This document shows, piece by piece, positions 1 to 11,385 of a DNA stretch of 64,000 nt; the stretch's first letter is position 1, and each line of letters opens with the position of its first letter. A model generated the notes under the pieces. It searched no databases. It saw nothing but the letters and a program-made list of their open reading frames with translations, and had not been told where the DNA came from. The DNA lies in assembly GCA_965216325.1 (NCBI GenBank), contig OZ244160.1, positions 1,952,001 through 2,016,000 on the forward strand. Direction: 5' to 3'. A program made the position numbers and the translations under genes. Source of the DNA: Coraliomargarita sp. (lineage in GTDB: Bacteria; Verrucomicrobiota; Verrucomicrobiia; Opitutales; Coraliomargaritaceae).

Positions 1-32
1 CTAGTTAGTAGTAAGTTGCTATATATTTATCG

Positions 33-67
33 GCCGTCCACATGCTTGTGTGTGGACGGCTTTTTTG
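33..67 (+). terminator. Intrinsic terminator of a gene upstream of the window
   Basis: GCCGTCCACA/TGTGGACGGC stem followed by T7. Confidence 0.8.
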
Positions 68-196
68 TGTGAGTATGGTTCATGTGCGTTTCGAGGCTTC
101 TATTTTGGGTTTTTATTGCAATGAATGGAGCCGAAATCATTGAGTAGAGGCTGGTATGAGTGCTTCTAGCTAGCTTACTAATAGTGTTTATTTTGT

Positions 197-1993
197 ATGA
201 TTCGATTGCTCATTTTAATTGTTATCGCCGTTTTTTCGATCTGTCTCGGTAGGTTCTGGTTGGACGATAGTTCTGCGGTTCGTCTTTTTGCAAAAACAGG
301 TTACTGGTTTGTCACGCTCAATTTCGCTGTTTTTTGCTTCTGCCTGTATCGGGCTTACGTTTCGCATTTCCGGTTCTTGCTCAAGAATTGCGGTAAACGC
401 TGTTTGATTCCGTGTATAGTTATTGGGTTAAGTCTCCTGTTTATATCACGTTCCGAAACAATGGGTTTTAAGACTATCATGGATGAGCATCTTATTGCAT
501 CTACCGCGCGAGGCTTGCATATGGATCGTGAGGCGACTGCATCCATGCGTGTTCATCACACTAGCAGTCGGCAAATTTTGATGAGTAATACGGTGGATAA
601 GCGGCCGATATTCATGCCATACCTGACTTCATTGCTGCATGACGTTGGTGGTTATCATCCTGAGAACAGTATTCGCTTAAATGTTTTTGTGCTCTGCCCC
701 CTGCTGTTTGTCTTGCTTTACGTGTTAGGGTATCGCCTGTGGGGTGTCTGGGGAGGAGCGTTGATGTGTGGTTTGATTGCTACGATTCCGCTTTGTGGTT
801 TTATTTTTAGAGGAGGAGGTCTGGAGATCCTCAATATGGTGATGATTGTCGCACTTTTGCTTATTGCGATGGACTTTTGGGAAGCCTCAGATGTGTATCG
901 TTGCGGTGCGCTGTGCTTAGGTGCGACCTTGCTTGCTCAGACTCGTTACGAGTCGGTTATTTTTATCCTGCCTGTTGCCATTTTAATTGCGTTGGTATGG
1001 TTGAGGAGGCGGCGTGTAGAAGTCTATTGGCCCGTGTTGTTGTGCCCGATTCTACTCATTCCGTATTTGTGGCAAAATCGTGTGTTTAGTCTGAATGAGA
1101 AACAGTGGCAGCTTGAAGGAAAAGAGCGCCCTTTCGGATTTGAGTATTTCGCTGATAATTTGGAAAGAGCAGTTTATTATTTCTTCAATGTGGATTCGAC
1201 AGTGCCAAATTCTTGGCTACTGCCGGTCGCATCGGTTGTTATGGGGATGTTCCTTGTGCTGCTTCTAGTGCGAATTTTGCGAGAGAAGCGGATGAATCTT
1301 GATAGTGGTTTGGTGCCTTTAGGGGTTTTTCTACTGGGTTTTTTTGCGCTGTTTATACTATTACTTTGTTACTCTTGGGACTTCGGGGGAACAGTAGTTC
1401 AGCGCCTATGCCTGCCTCTGTATATTCCCATGGCGTTATGTGTCGTGGTGTTTTGTGTGGTTTCGAAAGTCTCGGTTGTTTGGCTGCGCGGAGCGTTGGT
1501 TCTTGGTTTCTTTGTATATAGCTTTGGATATGCGATTCCTGTGAATTCTAAGCGTGCATACAATATGGGGGTTGGCTGGATTGAGTATGAAGTCATTCAT
1601 GCGATGCTCGAAGCAGGGGAATTGGATCCAGAAGGGATTTATATTTCTGAAAACGCGAGTTTTTATGGCATTTATGGCTATTCGTGCGTTTCAAATCGTT
1701 CAGCGAATAAGAATAAGCAAGCGATCGTTAACTACATTGGACAACCTGGCGCTCGCCCGATATACGTTGCCACTCGACTTGCATACGCTGGGAAGGGTGA
1801 TGAGTTTTTCGACAGGAATTATAGTAGGCTCGACAGCGATTTTGAATTGGAGCTAGTGCATGAGCGTTGGATGTCGATTTCTCGTAAGTTGATTTTTAGT
1901 CGAGTTGTTGGGATTGAAGGGTATGAGCCTGAGGTGCTAGAATCTGAATCGACTTTAGATTATTATTTGAAATGCATGAAAATGCTCCCGTGA
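197..1993 (+). CDS. Polytopic membrane protein, probable GT-C-fold (ArnT/PMT-like) glycosyltransferase
   Basis: 598 aa with many TM segments; acidic DE pair in first large loop (IMDEH); TRYES motif; GtrA/GT2 neighbours. Confidence 0.6.
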   Translation: MIRLLILIVIAVFSICLGRFWLDDSSAVRLFAKTGYWFVTLNFAVFCFCLYRAYVSHFRFLLKNCGKRCLIPCIVIGLSLLFISRSETMGFKTIMDEHLIASTARGLHMDREATASMRVHHTSSRQILMSNTVDKRPIFMPYLTSLLHDVGGYHPENSIRLNVFVLCPLLFVLLYVLGYRLWGVWGGALMCGLIATIPLCGFIFRGGGLEILNMVMIVALLLIAMDFWEASDVYRCGALCLGATLLAQTRYESVIFILPVAILIALVWLRRRRVEVYWPVLLCPILLIPYLWQNRVFSLNEKQWQLEGKERPFGFEYFADNLERAVYYFFNVDSTVPNSWLLPVASVVMGMFLVLLLVRILREKRMNLDSGLVPLGVFLLGFFALFILLLCYSWDFGGTVVQRLCLPLYIPMALCVVVFCVVSKVSVVWLRGALVLGFFVYSFGYAIPVNSKRAYNMGVGWIEYEVIHAMLEAGELDPEGIYISENASFYGIYGYSCVSNRSANKNKQAIVNYIGQPGARPIYVATRLAYAGKGDEFFDRNYSRLDSDFELELVHERWMSISRKLIFSRVVGIEGYEPEVLESESTLDYYLKCMKMLP

Positions 1994-2084
1994 TTGTTAT
2001 ATCTGTTTTGCATGTAACTCTGTGTTGTAGCCTTTTCCTGTTATATTGCCTTAAATTGTTAGTTAGCCTGTTTAAAATTTCGTT

Positions 2085-3756
2085 ATGCTTGCTCCAGAAA
2101 TGACAGGAAATTGGTCTTCCAACAAATCATCAATTCGTTGGCGCACTGTATCGTTTGTCCTTTATTGTTTGGTCGCCCTGGTTGGCGCACTTACTGTGCT
2201 GGACTATGGTATGAGCTGGGACGAGCCTTTTCGGTTTCGTGGCGGTGATGAGAAGTTGGCTTATTATAAGCAGTTGTTGGCCGGTGAAGAGGTGGAGCCT
2301 TTGACGGATACGTATCCTGGCTTGTTTGACCTCCCGTTAGCCGTGATCCATGAATGGTTTCCGGAGTTCGGGACTCGAAGTGAGAAGGGGCATTGTATTG
2401 GCTTGGCCTTTGGTATGCTTGGTATTTTTGCCGTTTGGAGGTTGACCGCGTGCTTGGGAGGCGAGCGAGCAGGTTTTTGGGCATTGCTGTTTCTGGTTGT
2501 GATGCCTCGTTACTATGGGCACGTCTTTATGAACCCGAAGGATTTGCCGTTTGCTGTAACTTACATTCTAGGTGTATGGGCGGTGGTGCATTTGTTTCGT
2601 AGAATGCCGAAGCCCTCATGGCGGGTGGTTTTGCTAATTGGGTTAAGCGCTGGTTTTGCTCTTTCGACCCGGGTTGCAGGTCTGTTGATTCTGTTTTATT
2701 TTGCGCTGTTTGTCGGGGTGTATCTTTTGTGTCGTTATGTCGCGAGTGCTCTGGAGGGTGATCGTAAGACGTTGAGACAAATGGGTAGTGATGGCGTCTT
2801 TTGGCTCGTTCGGGGGTTACTTTCTGGCGCTGTGGCGCTTTTGGTTTTGGCGTTTTTTTTGGCCAACCTTACATCAAAACCCAGTTGAGCAACTGGCGAA
2901 TGCTACAGGAAGTGCCCAGAACTATGATTGGAACGGACGTGTGCTTATGGATGGACAGTTTTGGAAGGCATCGGATCTTCCTTCTGATTACGTGGCTAAC
3001 TGGCTTCTACGCACGACGCCGGAGCATATCTTAGTGCTGTTGGTGGTTGGAGTTTGTGTCTGTTTAATTGCAGTGAATCGCATGATTCGTGAAAGGCGCA
3101 TTGATTGCTTGTCGAGACTTCTGCCTTTGGCGGTGCTTGGCTTTAGCTTTGTGTTTCCAATCGTGTATATTATTTTGAAAGAGCCTGTTCTGTATGACGG
3201 GATGCGGCATTTTCTTTTTGTGGTTCCTCCCGCTGTTTGCCTTTCAGCATTAACAGTAGAGTCGGTTTTGAGATATTTGAACCATCGCTGGCGGTTGGTT
3301 GCTCAGGTGTCGTTAATGATGGTGTTGCTGACTGTCTTATTGGACATGTGGCGTTTGCACCCCTATCAATATATATACTTTAACTCGCTATCCGGTGGGT
3401 TGAAGTCTGCTTATCTGCGTGATGAAACCGATTATTGGGGGCTGTCTCACAAGGAGGCTGGAGATTGGCTGAATGCTTATGTGGCGACGCTGGAATCGGA
3501 GAATAGCGAAGCGTATACGGTTCACCAAAAGTATTCTTCGTGGATGTTGCGGGCTGCTTTGGACGAAGATCGTTTTAATGTGTCACTATCCCCTAAGGGA
3601 GCAGATTTTTACGTGGCAATTACACGCATGAATTTTCATGCGCGTTACCCGCAGTTGCCCATTCTGCATGTAGTTCAGCGTGATGGTGTGCCTCTTTGTT
3701 ACATTTTCGGTATGTCTGAGGCGGTGTTGCCAATAGTTGTCGATCTCAGTAAATAA
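2085..3756 (+). pseudogene. GT39/PMT-like membrane glycosyltransferase split by a frameshift at a T8 tract (2853-2860)
   Basis: ORFs 2085-2888 (DYGMSWDE, NPKDLPFA) and 2788-3756 (LYDGMRHFLF, HPYQYIYFN, ETDYWG) join as LAFFWPTLH if one T is removed; may be a sequencing error or a phase-variable state. Confidence 0.75.
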
Positions 3757-3777
3757 CGTAGCAGTGAATTTTGTATA

Positions 3778-4365
3778 ATGAATCCGGATACAACTAATTT
3801 TGAAAAATTTCAGACTGCAAACCCAGTCGTTCGTCACTTAATAAAGCGTTTTTTTAGTCGTGTCCGTTGTCGTGTGGGGTCGATGTCTAGTCAGAATATG
3901 TTGGATGCCGGTTGTGGTGAAGGCATGTCGCTGTTTCAGCTTCGGGATTTGTTGCCCGAGTCTGTGAAGGGTTTTGATATCAATTCTGACTGTGTTGCTT
4001 ATACCGCTAAGCAATTCCCTGATGCAGGCATTACGCAGGAAGATATTTTCAAGTTGCCGTATGAAGATGCAGAGTTTGACTTGGTGATATGTTTTGAGGT
4101 TATGGAGCATTTACCTCGTCCCGAAGATGCGCTACGTGCCTTGAAACGTGTCGCTAATAAGCGTATCATTATCACGGTTCCGCATGAACCATGGTTTCAG
4201 TTAGGTAGCTTATGCCGGGGTAAATACTTGAAGACTTGGGGCAATCACCCAGAGCATATTAACCATTGGTCTCCGCGTAGTTTTGAGAAGTGGTTGAGGG
4301 AGGAGTTTAATGAGGTGGAGGTCGAAACCTCATTCCCGTGGATTATTGCGGAGGTGCGAGTGTAG
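3778..4365 (+). CDS. Class I SAM-dependent methyltransferase
   Basis: LDAGCGEG motif I; LPYEDAEFDLV and EVMEHL motifs. Confidence 0.9.
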   Translation: MNPDTTNFEKFQTANPVVRHLIKRFFSRVRCRVGSMSSQNMLDAGCGEGMSLFQLRDLLPESVKGFDINSDCVAYTAKQFPDAGITQEDIFKLPYEDAEFDLVICFEVMEHLPRPEDALRALKRVANKRIIITVPHEPWFQLGSLCRGKYLKTWGNHPEHINHWSPRSFEKWLREEFNEVEVETSFPWIIAEVRV

Positions 4366-4373
4366 CTGTAGAG

Positions 4374-4793
4374 ATGCTCTTTACTAATAGAGAACTCTTT
4401 GAGAAGTTCCGGCCGATTTGTGAAAGGTTTGGGCGCTTAGGAATTGTTGCGGTGTTCAGTTTTCTTGCAAACACGTTATTGACCGTGGCTTTTGCTGAGC
4501 TTGGTAGACTTTCGCCTGAGCTCGCATTTGCGATCGTTCTCGTTCTGGTTTTCTTTGTGAATTTCCTGTTAACCCGTTTTTGGGTGTTTGCAGACCGTGT
4601 GACCGAATCTAATTTATGGAATCACTTGGTGAAGTGTCTTATGGTTTCCGGAGTGTTCAGGTTCTTGGAGTGGGCTACTTTCGCACTTCTATTGCGAGTT
4701 CTGGATGTGAGTTATCTAGTGCTTCTCGTCTGCGTGCTTGTGGTTTCGTTTGCAGTCAAGGCTTTGATTTATGACCGACTGGTATTTCGTTAG
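4374..4793 (+). CDS. GtrA-family small membrane protein (putative lipid-linked sugar flippase)
   Basis: ~139 aa, 4 TM segments, VNFLLTRFWVF motif, C-terminal VFR. Confidence 0.75.
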   Translation: MLFTNRELFEKFRPICERFGRLGIVAVFSFLANTLLTVAFAELGRLSPELAFAIVLVLVFFVNFLLTRFWVFADRVTESNLWNHLVKCLMVSGVFRFLEWATFALLLRVLDVSYLVLLVCVLVVSFAVKALIYDRLVFR

Positions 4794-5743
4794 GACCTGG
4801 TTTGTCGGTGGTCGATGACGTGGCCGCCTGAGTTTGGCTTTGTTTGGCGTGTGATCATTTCGGCAATTAAGCCAATTGAGAGTAATTGTGCGCCGAGCAG
4901 CATTAATAGAATGCCCAAGAAAAAGAGTGGTCGACCGCTGATGGATTCACCGAGCACGATCTTTGCAAAGGATAACCAAGCAAGGATGCCGAATCCAGAG
5001 GTGCCAGAGGCAAGTCCGAGGCCTCCAAAGAAGTGAGCTGGCCGACGCATATATCGTGCCATGATGACGACAGTGATCAAATCAAGCAGGCCCTTGAGGA
5101 AGCGTTTGCTGCCGTATTTTGAAACACCGTGCTCACGAGGGTGATGATTCACTGCGATCTCACCAACTGTAAAGCCTTCCGCATGTGCGAGTATTGGAAT
5201 GAAGCGGTGCAGTTCGCCAAAGAGTTGAATGTTTTTGGTGACTTCTCTGCGATAGGCTTTGAAGCCACAATTAAAGTCATTCAGCTGCACGCCGCTGGCG
5301 GCGCGAGCCAGTGTATTAAAAACTTTTGAGGGTAATGTCTTGTCGATTGGATCGTGGCGGAACTTCTTCCAACCAGAAACCATGTCGTCGCCAGTGTTTA
5401 GCTTTGCAAGGAAAGCCGGAATTTCGCATGGGTCATCTTGCAGGTCAGCATCCATTGTGATGATCACTTCGCCTTGGGCATGGTCGAAGCCAGCTTGCAG
5501 AGCTTCGGCCTTGCCGAAATTACGTCGAAAGCGGATCAGCTGAATATGTTCCGCTTGTTTGGTTTGAAGTGATTCCAGCTTGTCCCATGAGGAATCGGTG
5601 CTTCCGTCGTCGACAAAGATCACTTCGTAGCTGCCGAGTTGGTTGCTTTCGACGACGCTCTTTATCTGCTCGAACAAGGTTTCGACTGTCGCCTCCTCGT
5701 TATAGAGAGGAATCACGAGGGAGAGCTTCAGAGGTTCTTTCAT
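4790..5743 (-). CDS. GT2 polyprenyl-phosphate glycosyltransferase (ArnC/GtrB-like)
   Basis: VIPLYNEE, VDDGSTD, RNFGKAEAL, MDADLQDDP, DFNCGFKAYR; two C-terminal TM helices. Confidence 0.9.
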   Translation of the reverse strand: MKEPLKLSLVIPLYNEEATVETLFEQIKSVVESNQLGSYEVIFVDDGSTDSSWDKLESLQTKQAEHIQLIRFRRNFGKAEALQAGFDHAQGEVIITMDADLQDDPCEIPAFLAKLNTGDDMVSGWKKFRHDPIDKTLPSKVFNTLARAASGVQLNDFNCGFKAYRREVTKNIQLFGELHRFIPILAHAEGFTVGEIAVNHHPREHGVSKYGSKRFLKGLLDLITVVIMARYMRRPAHFFGGLGLASGTSGFGILAWLSFAKIVLGESISGRPLFFLGILLMLLGAQLLSIGLIAEMITRQTKPNSGGHVIDHRQTRS

Positions 5744-5859
5744 GAGATCGTTCTTTTCCTTCGGGATGATTCGATTTGAGCCGAATCTGGCAAGCAGAGT
5801 TTCGGCTTACTTGTATTTAGTGATTGCGATTGGACCTGCTTCTGACAATCCCAATAGCC

Positions 5860-6558
5860 ATGTCACTACTGGTTTCTATTGTTATTCCGATCTTTAACGA
5901 GAAGGAAACTTTGCATGAGATTATTGACCGCGTTCGCTCCGTTGAGGGTATGGCGGTGAAGGAAATCATCCTTGTTGATGACCACTCGACGGATGGGACG
6001 CGTGATTTGTTAGAGGCGGGTTTCAATGAACCGCTTTTCGTGAAGCTCTTTCACGAAGTTAATCAGGGCAAGGGAGCTGCCTTGCGGACTGGCTTTGAGC
6101 ATGCGACCGGGGATATTATTGCGATTCAAGATGCGGACTTGGAGTATGACCCTGCGGAGCTCCCGGGGTTGATTCGCCCAATTGATCAAGGACAGGCTGA
6201 TGTTGTGTTTGGATCCCGGTTTATGGGCGGCGGGGCGCATCGCGTCGTCTATTATTGGCACATGCTGGGCAATCGCTTCCTGACGACACTGAGTAATATG
6301 ACCACGAACTTGAACCTGACGGACATGGAGTGCTGCTATAAGCTTTTTCGCCGTGAGGTTTTGGAGCAGATCACTGTTGAAGAAAATCGCTTCGGTGTTG
6401 AGCCAGAATTGACCGCTAAAGTTGCAAAACTGGGTGTGCGTGTTTACGAAGTTGGTATTTCCTATTACGGGCGAACCTATGAAGAGGGGAAGAAGATCGG
6501 CTGGAAAGATGGCGTGCGTGCAATCTATGCGATTTTAAAGTATCGCTTTATTCGCTAG
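5860..6558 (+). CDS. GT2 glycosyltransferase (DPM1-like)
   Basis: [42 protein letters not shown]. Confidence 0.9.
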   Translation: MSLLVSIVIPIFNEKETLHEIIDRVRSVEGMAVKEIILVDDHSTDGTRDLLEAGFNEPLFVKLFHEVNQGKGAALRTGFEHATGDIIAIQDADLEYDPAELPGLIRPIDQGQADVVFGSRFMGGGAHRVVYYWHMLGNRFLTTLSNMTTNLNLTDMECCYKLFRREVLEQITVEENRFGVEPELTAKVAKLGVRVYEVGISYYGRTYEEGKKIGWKDGVRAIYAILKYRFIR

Positions 6559-6561
6559 ACG

Positions 6562-6592
6562 AAAAAGCCTCCAGAGACGATCTCTGGAGGCT
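6562..6592 (-). terminator. Intrinsic terminator between convergent GT2 and sigma factor genes
   Basis: AAAAAGCCTCCAGAGA-CGA-TCTCTGGAGGCT; U-tract on the minus strand. Confidence 0.8.
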
Positions 6593-6615
6593 GGTGTAAA
6601 ATGGGTTTGGAGAAC

Positions 6616-7629
6616 CTAGCTGTGCTCGGCGAAGAATTCGCGAAGCACTTCGAGCTTTTTTTCCTCTATGCGTTCTTGTTTGACTTCTTCCTTGGTGCGT
6701 TGGCGTTCGTTTTCAGTCATCATCCGGCGCATTTTGTGGATCGCCATGTTCTGGATTTGGCGCACGCGCTCGCGGGTGATGTCAAACTGTTCACCGACCT
6801 CTTCGAGTGTCATTGGATGGTCGCCGTTCAGGCCAAAGCGTAGGCGGATGATGTCCGCCTCGCGTTCTTCCAAGTGGGCAATGATGTCATGCATGTCATT
6901 GCTGAGTGACTTTTCTTGGAGGTTCTCAAGTGGTGTGGTCTGATTGTCGTCGCTGACCAAGTCGCCGAAGCTGGTGTCGCCATCTTCGCCGACCGGTGCA
7001 TCCAGTGAGGATGGGCGCACGCTGACGGACTTGAGGTGGGCCACCTTATTGATGGGCATGCCCATCGTGTAAGCGATTTCTTCGTCAGTCGGTTCGCGGT
7101 CGAGTTCATCGGCCAGTTTGGCGGTGATCCGACGCATTTGCGCGATCTTGTCCACCAGGTGAACTGGGAGGCGGATTGTTTTGCTCTGGTTGGCGAGGGC
7201 GCGCTTAATCGACTGCTTGATCCACCAGGCGGCATAGGTGCTGAGCTTGCCACCTTTGGAGGGATCGAAGCGCTCGACTGCCTTGATGAGGCCAATGTTG
7301 CCTTCACTAATTAGGTCGAGTAGCGGCAGCCCAAAATTGTTATAGTCGTGGGCGATTTTGACGACGAGTCGCAGATTTGCCGATATCATGTGGTCGCGAG
7401 CCGCTTTGTCGCCCTTCTTAATGCGGGCTGCAAGCTGGATCTCTTCTTTAACCGTAAGGAGCTCGGTTTTTCCGATTTCCTTCATGTACGCGCTCAATCC
7501 GCTACGTTCTTCGTAGCTGAGGCGATCGGTTGGGGTAGTTTGTTCGGCAGCGGACGAGCGTGGGACGCTCGGAGTGGTTTGCAGCCGATTGCGGCTGCGG
7601 GTTTTGGTAGTTACCGATGTCTTTGCCAT
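6616..7629 (-). CDS. Sigma-70 family factor, RpoD/RpoS type, lacking region 1.1
   Basis: YMKEIG (1.2), ANLRLVV, DLISEGNIGLIKAVERFDP, STYAAWWIKQ, TLEEVG..TRERVRQI. Confidence 0.92.
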   Translation of the reverse strand: MAKTSVTTKTRSRNRLQTTPSVPRSSAAEQTTPTDRLSYEERSGLSAYMKEIGKTELLTVKEEIQLAARIKKGDKAARDHMISANLRLVVKIAHDYNNFGLPLLDLISEGNIGLIKAVERFDPSKGGKLSTYAAWWIKQSIKRALANQSKTIRLPVHLVDKIAQMRRITAKLADELDREPTDEEIAYTMGMPINKVAHLKSVSVRPSSLDAPVGEDGDTSFGDLVSDDNQTTPLENLQEKSLSNDMHDIIAHLEEREADIIRLRFGLNGDHPMTLEEVGEQFDITRERVRQIQNMAIHKMRRMMTENERQRTKEEVKQERIEEKKLEVLREFFAEHS

Positions 7630-7769
7630 GGTTGTTAAGGATTTGGGTATCGAAGCGCAATTTGCGCATCAATTAGGAGTTTGGACTCCAATTTATATTC
7701 CAACGTTCATAAAAAAACGCGGAAGAATCCTAGAGCTTACAACAAAAATGCCGTTAGGCAAACGGGAGG

Positions 7770-9269
<1,500 letters not shown>

Positions 9270-9336
9270 GAAGAACGTTGTTCCGAGAACGTAGTTCGAC
9301 AAGACCTGATTTTACAAAGTAAAAGACCGGATCACG

Positions 9337-9445
9337 TTGAATATCGAACTTCGAACGTCGAATCTTTTTCTTACAGCACAGGCAGCTACGAATGGCATCG
9401 AAGCATTCACCATTCAACGTTGAGCGTTCGATGTTCGACGTTCAA
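9337..9445. repeat. Inverted heptamer-array element (TCGAAYN units), overlapping the purK stop codon
   Basis: TTGAATA TCGAACT TCGAACG TCGAAT ... TTCAACG TTGAGCG TTCGATG TTCGACG TTCAA. Confidence 0.8.
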
Positions 9446-10584
9446 GCGCCTTGGAGGCGCGCAAAGTGTGCTTCGGCGCTCGCCAGGGTGGCTTCGATCT
9501 CGTCGCCGATCACGTTGAAGTGGCCCATCTTGCGTCCGGGGCGTGCCTCGCCCTTGTCGTAGAGATGCAGCTTGACCATCGGATCGCTGAGCAGGCCTGA
9601 CCAGTCAGGTTCGCCGCTTTGCCACACATCGCCGAGGAGGTTGATCATCACGGTTGGGCGCAACAGTTCAGTTGAACCGAAGGGTAGGTCGGCGACCGCG
9701 CGAATGTGTTGCTCAAATTGGGAGGTCACACAGCCGTCCATGCTGTAGTGGCCTGAGTTGTGCGGGCGTGGCGCCATCTCGTTGATGATGAGGTCGCCGT
9801 CGTGAGTTAGGAATAGTTCCACGGCGATCAGGCCGACGACATTCAACTTGTCGGCGATGTCGCGTGCCAGCTGCTCGCCGGCCGCGCGGGTGGCGTCGGT
9901 TACGCGGGCTGGCACGATCGAGGCGTGCAGGATGTGATGCACGTGCACGTTCTCGGCCATCGGGAAGGTGGTCTTGGTGCCGTCGGCTTTGCGGGCGCAA
10001 ATGACGGAGAATTCACCGATATGGTGGATCCATTGCTCAATGACCACACGTGGTGGCTCACCAAGCTTCAGCCACAGGCCTTCGCAATCGGCTGCGTCTT
10101 CGGCAGAGTTGAGCTTGATCTGGCCTTTGCCGTCGTAACCGAAGGCCGCGGTTTTGATTACGCTCGGGAAGCCGATGGTCTCGATGGCAGCTTTCAGGCT
10201 CTCAGCGGAGTCGGCATATTCGAAAGGCACGCAGGGAAGGCCGCTCTCCTTGAGAAAGTCTTTTTCGCGCTGGCGGTGTTGGCAAATGTGGAGCGCTTGG
10301 GTGCCAGGCATGACGGGCTTGAGGCTGCCGAGCATGTCGACGACCTCCGCAGGAATGTTCTCGAATTCCAGTGTGATGATGTCGACCTCTGCGGCGAAGG
10401 CGCGCAGTGCGGCCTCGTCTGAATATTCGGCGTTGATCTCCTTGTCGGCGACCATGCCTGCCGCGCAGGGACCCTTGGGCTCGAATACGTGAAAGCGGTA
10501 GCCGAGGTTGCGGCCTGCGAGCATGAGCATGCGGCCGAGTTGACCGCCGCCGAGAATACCAATTGTGCTGCCTGGAGTGATCAT
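9442..10584 (-). CDS. purK: N5-carboxyaminoimidazole ribonucleotide synthase
   Basis: GILGGGQLGRML, GYDGKGQ, INEMAPRPHNSGH, RPGRKMGH; adjacent to purE. Confidence 0.95.
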   Translation of the reverse strand: MITPGSTIGILGGGQLGRMLMLAGRNLGYRFHVFEPKGPCAAGMVADKEINAEYSDEAALRAFAAEVDIITLEFENIPAEVVDMLGSLKPVMPGTQALHICQHRQREKDFLKESGLPCVPFEYADSAESLKAAIETIGFPSVIKTAAFGYDGKGQIKLNSAEDAADCEGLWLKLGEPPRVVIEQWIHHIGEFSVICARKADGTKTTFPMAENVHVHHILHASIVPARVTDATRAAGEQLARDIADKLNVVGLIAVELFLTHDGDLIINEMAPRPHNSGHYSMDGCVTSQFEQHIRAVADLPFGSTELLRPTVMINLLGDVWQSGEPDWSGLLSDPMVKLHLYDKGEARPGRKMGHFNVIGDEIEATLASAEAHFARLQGA

Positions 10585-10622
10585 GAGGGAGTGAATTCGT
10601 TGAGAGGAATGCGTCTGTGAAT

Positions 10623-10698
10623 GGTAGGGATCGTTATCCTTAACGATCCGCTCGGTCAATCGAACTGGCGCGGCGCGTTAAGGATCGCGCGCCCTACC
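10623..10698. repeat. Inverted GTAG-REP pair, family A (GTAGGG-stem-TCCT loop)
   Basis: GGTAGGGATCGTTATCCTTAACGATCCG ... CGGCGCGTTAAGGATCGCGCGCCCTACC; relatives at 16864 and 45607. Confidence 0.85.
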
Positions 10699-10712
10699 TG
10701 TAGTTTTACAGT

Positions 10713-11216
10713 TTAGGCTTCCGGGAGCTCTGTGTTGAGCACGGTCTCGGTTTGGTTCGCACGGAATGCTTTCAGTCGCTCCGCGACACCCGCGTCGTTG
10801 AGTGAAAGGATCGATGCTGCAGAGAGCGCCGCGTTTTTGGCGCCGGCAACGCCGATCGCTAGCGTCATCACTGGGATGCCAGCTGGCATCTGAACGATGG
10901 AGAGTAGCGAGTCCTGACCACTGAGAGCTTTAGACTGCACGGGCACGCCAAGCACAGGCAGGTGGGTCATCGCTGCGGTCATGCCCGGTAAGTGAGCGGC
11001 ACCGCCGGCTCCGGCGATGATGATTTGGATGCCGCGCGCTTCGGCAGTTTCGGCGTAGCTGTAAAGGAGTTGTGGCGTGCGGTGGGCACTCACGATCTTG
11101 GTCTCGAACGGGATGTCGAGTTGCTTGAGCAGCGCAGCGGCCTCACCCATGGTGCTCCAATCGGACTGGCTGCCCATGATGATTCCGACGACGGCGTTGT
11201 TCGCATTTTCTTCCAT
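10713..11216 (-). CDS. purE: N5-CAIR mutase
   Basis: [37 protein letters not shown]. Confidence 0.96.
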   Translation of the reverse strand: MEENANNAVVGIIMGSQSDWSTMGEAAALLKQLDIPFETKIVSAHRTPQLLYSYAETAEARGIQIIIAGAGGAAHLPGMTAAMTHLPVLGVPVQSKALSGQDSLLSIVQMPAGIPVMTLAIGVAGAKNAALSAASILSLNDAGVAERLKAFRANQTETVLNTELPEA

Positions 11217-11260
11217 GCGCATGAGAAAAGGAGATTCCGCAGAGGAATTCAACCACGGAA

Positions 11261-11323
11261 GTAGGGGCGCGACTTGACGCGCCCGCTGTGCATCCCAAAG
11301 GGCGTGCCAAGGCCCGCCCCGAC
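11261..11323. repeat. Inverted GTAG-REP pair, family B (GTAGGGGCG)
   Basis: Left arm GTAGGGGCGCGACTTGACGCGCCCGC is identical to 24758-24783. Confidence 0.85.
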
Positions 11324-11385
11324 GAATCGAGGACTTTTTTTGAAATATTCTCTAATAAAACTAAGCTTTGTTCGTCATTGTTATT

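Noticed and set aside
9270..9445. trp attenuator or leader peptide upstream of trpE
   Set aside because: No Trp-rich leader ORF seen; the hairpin potential is explained by the heptamer inverted array.
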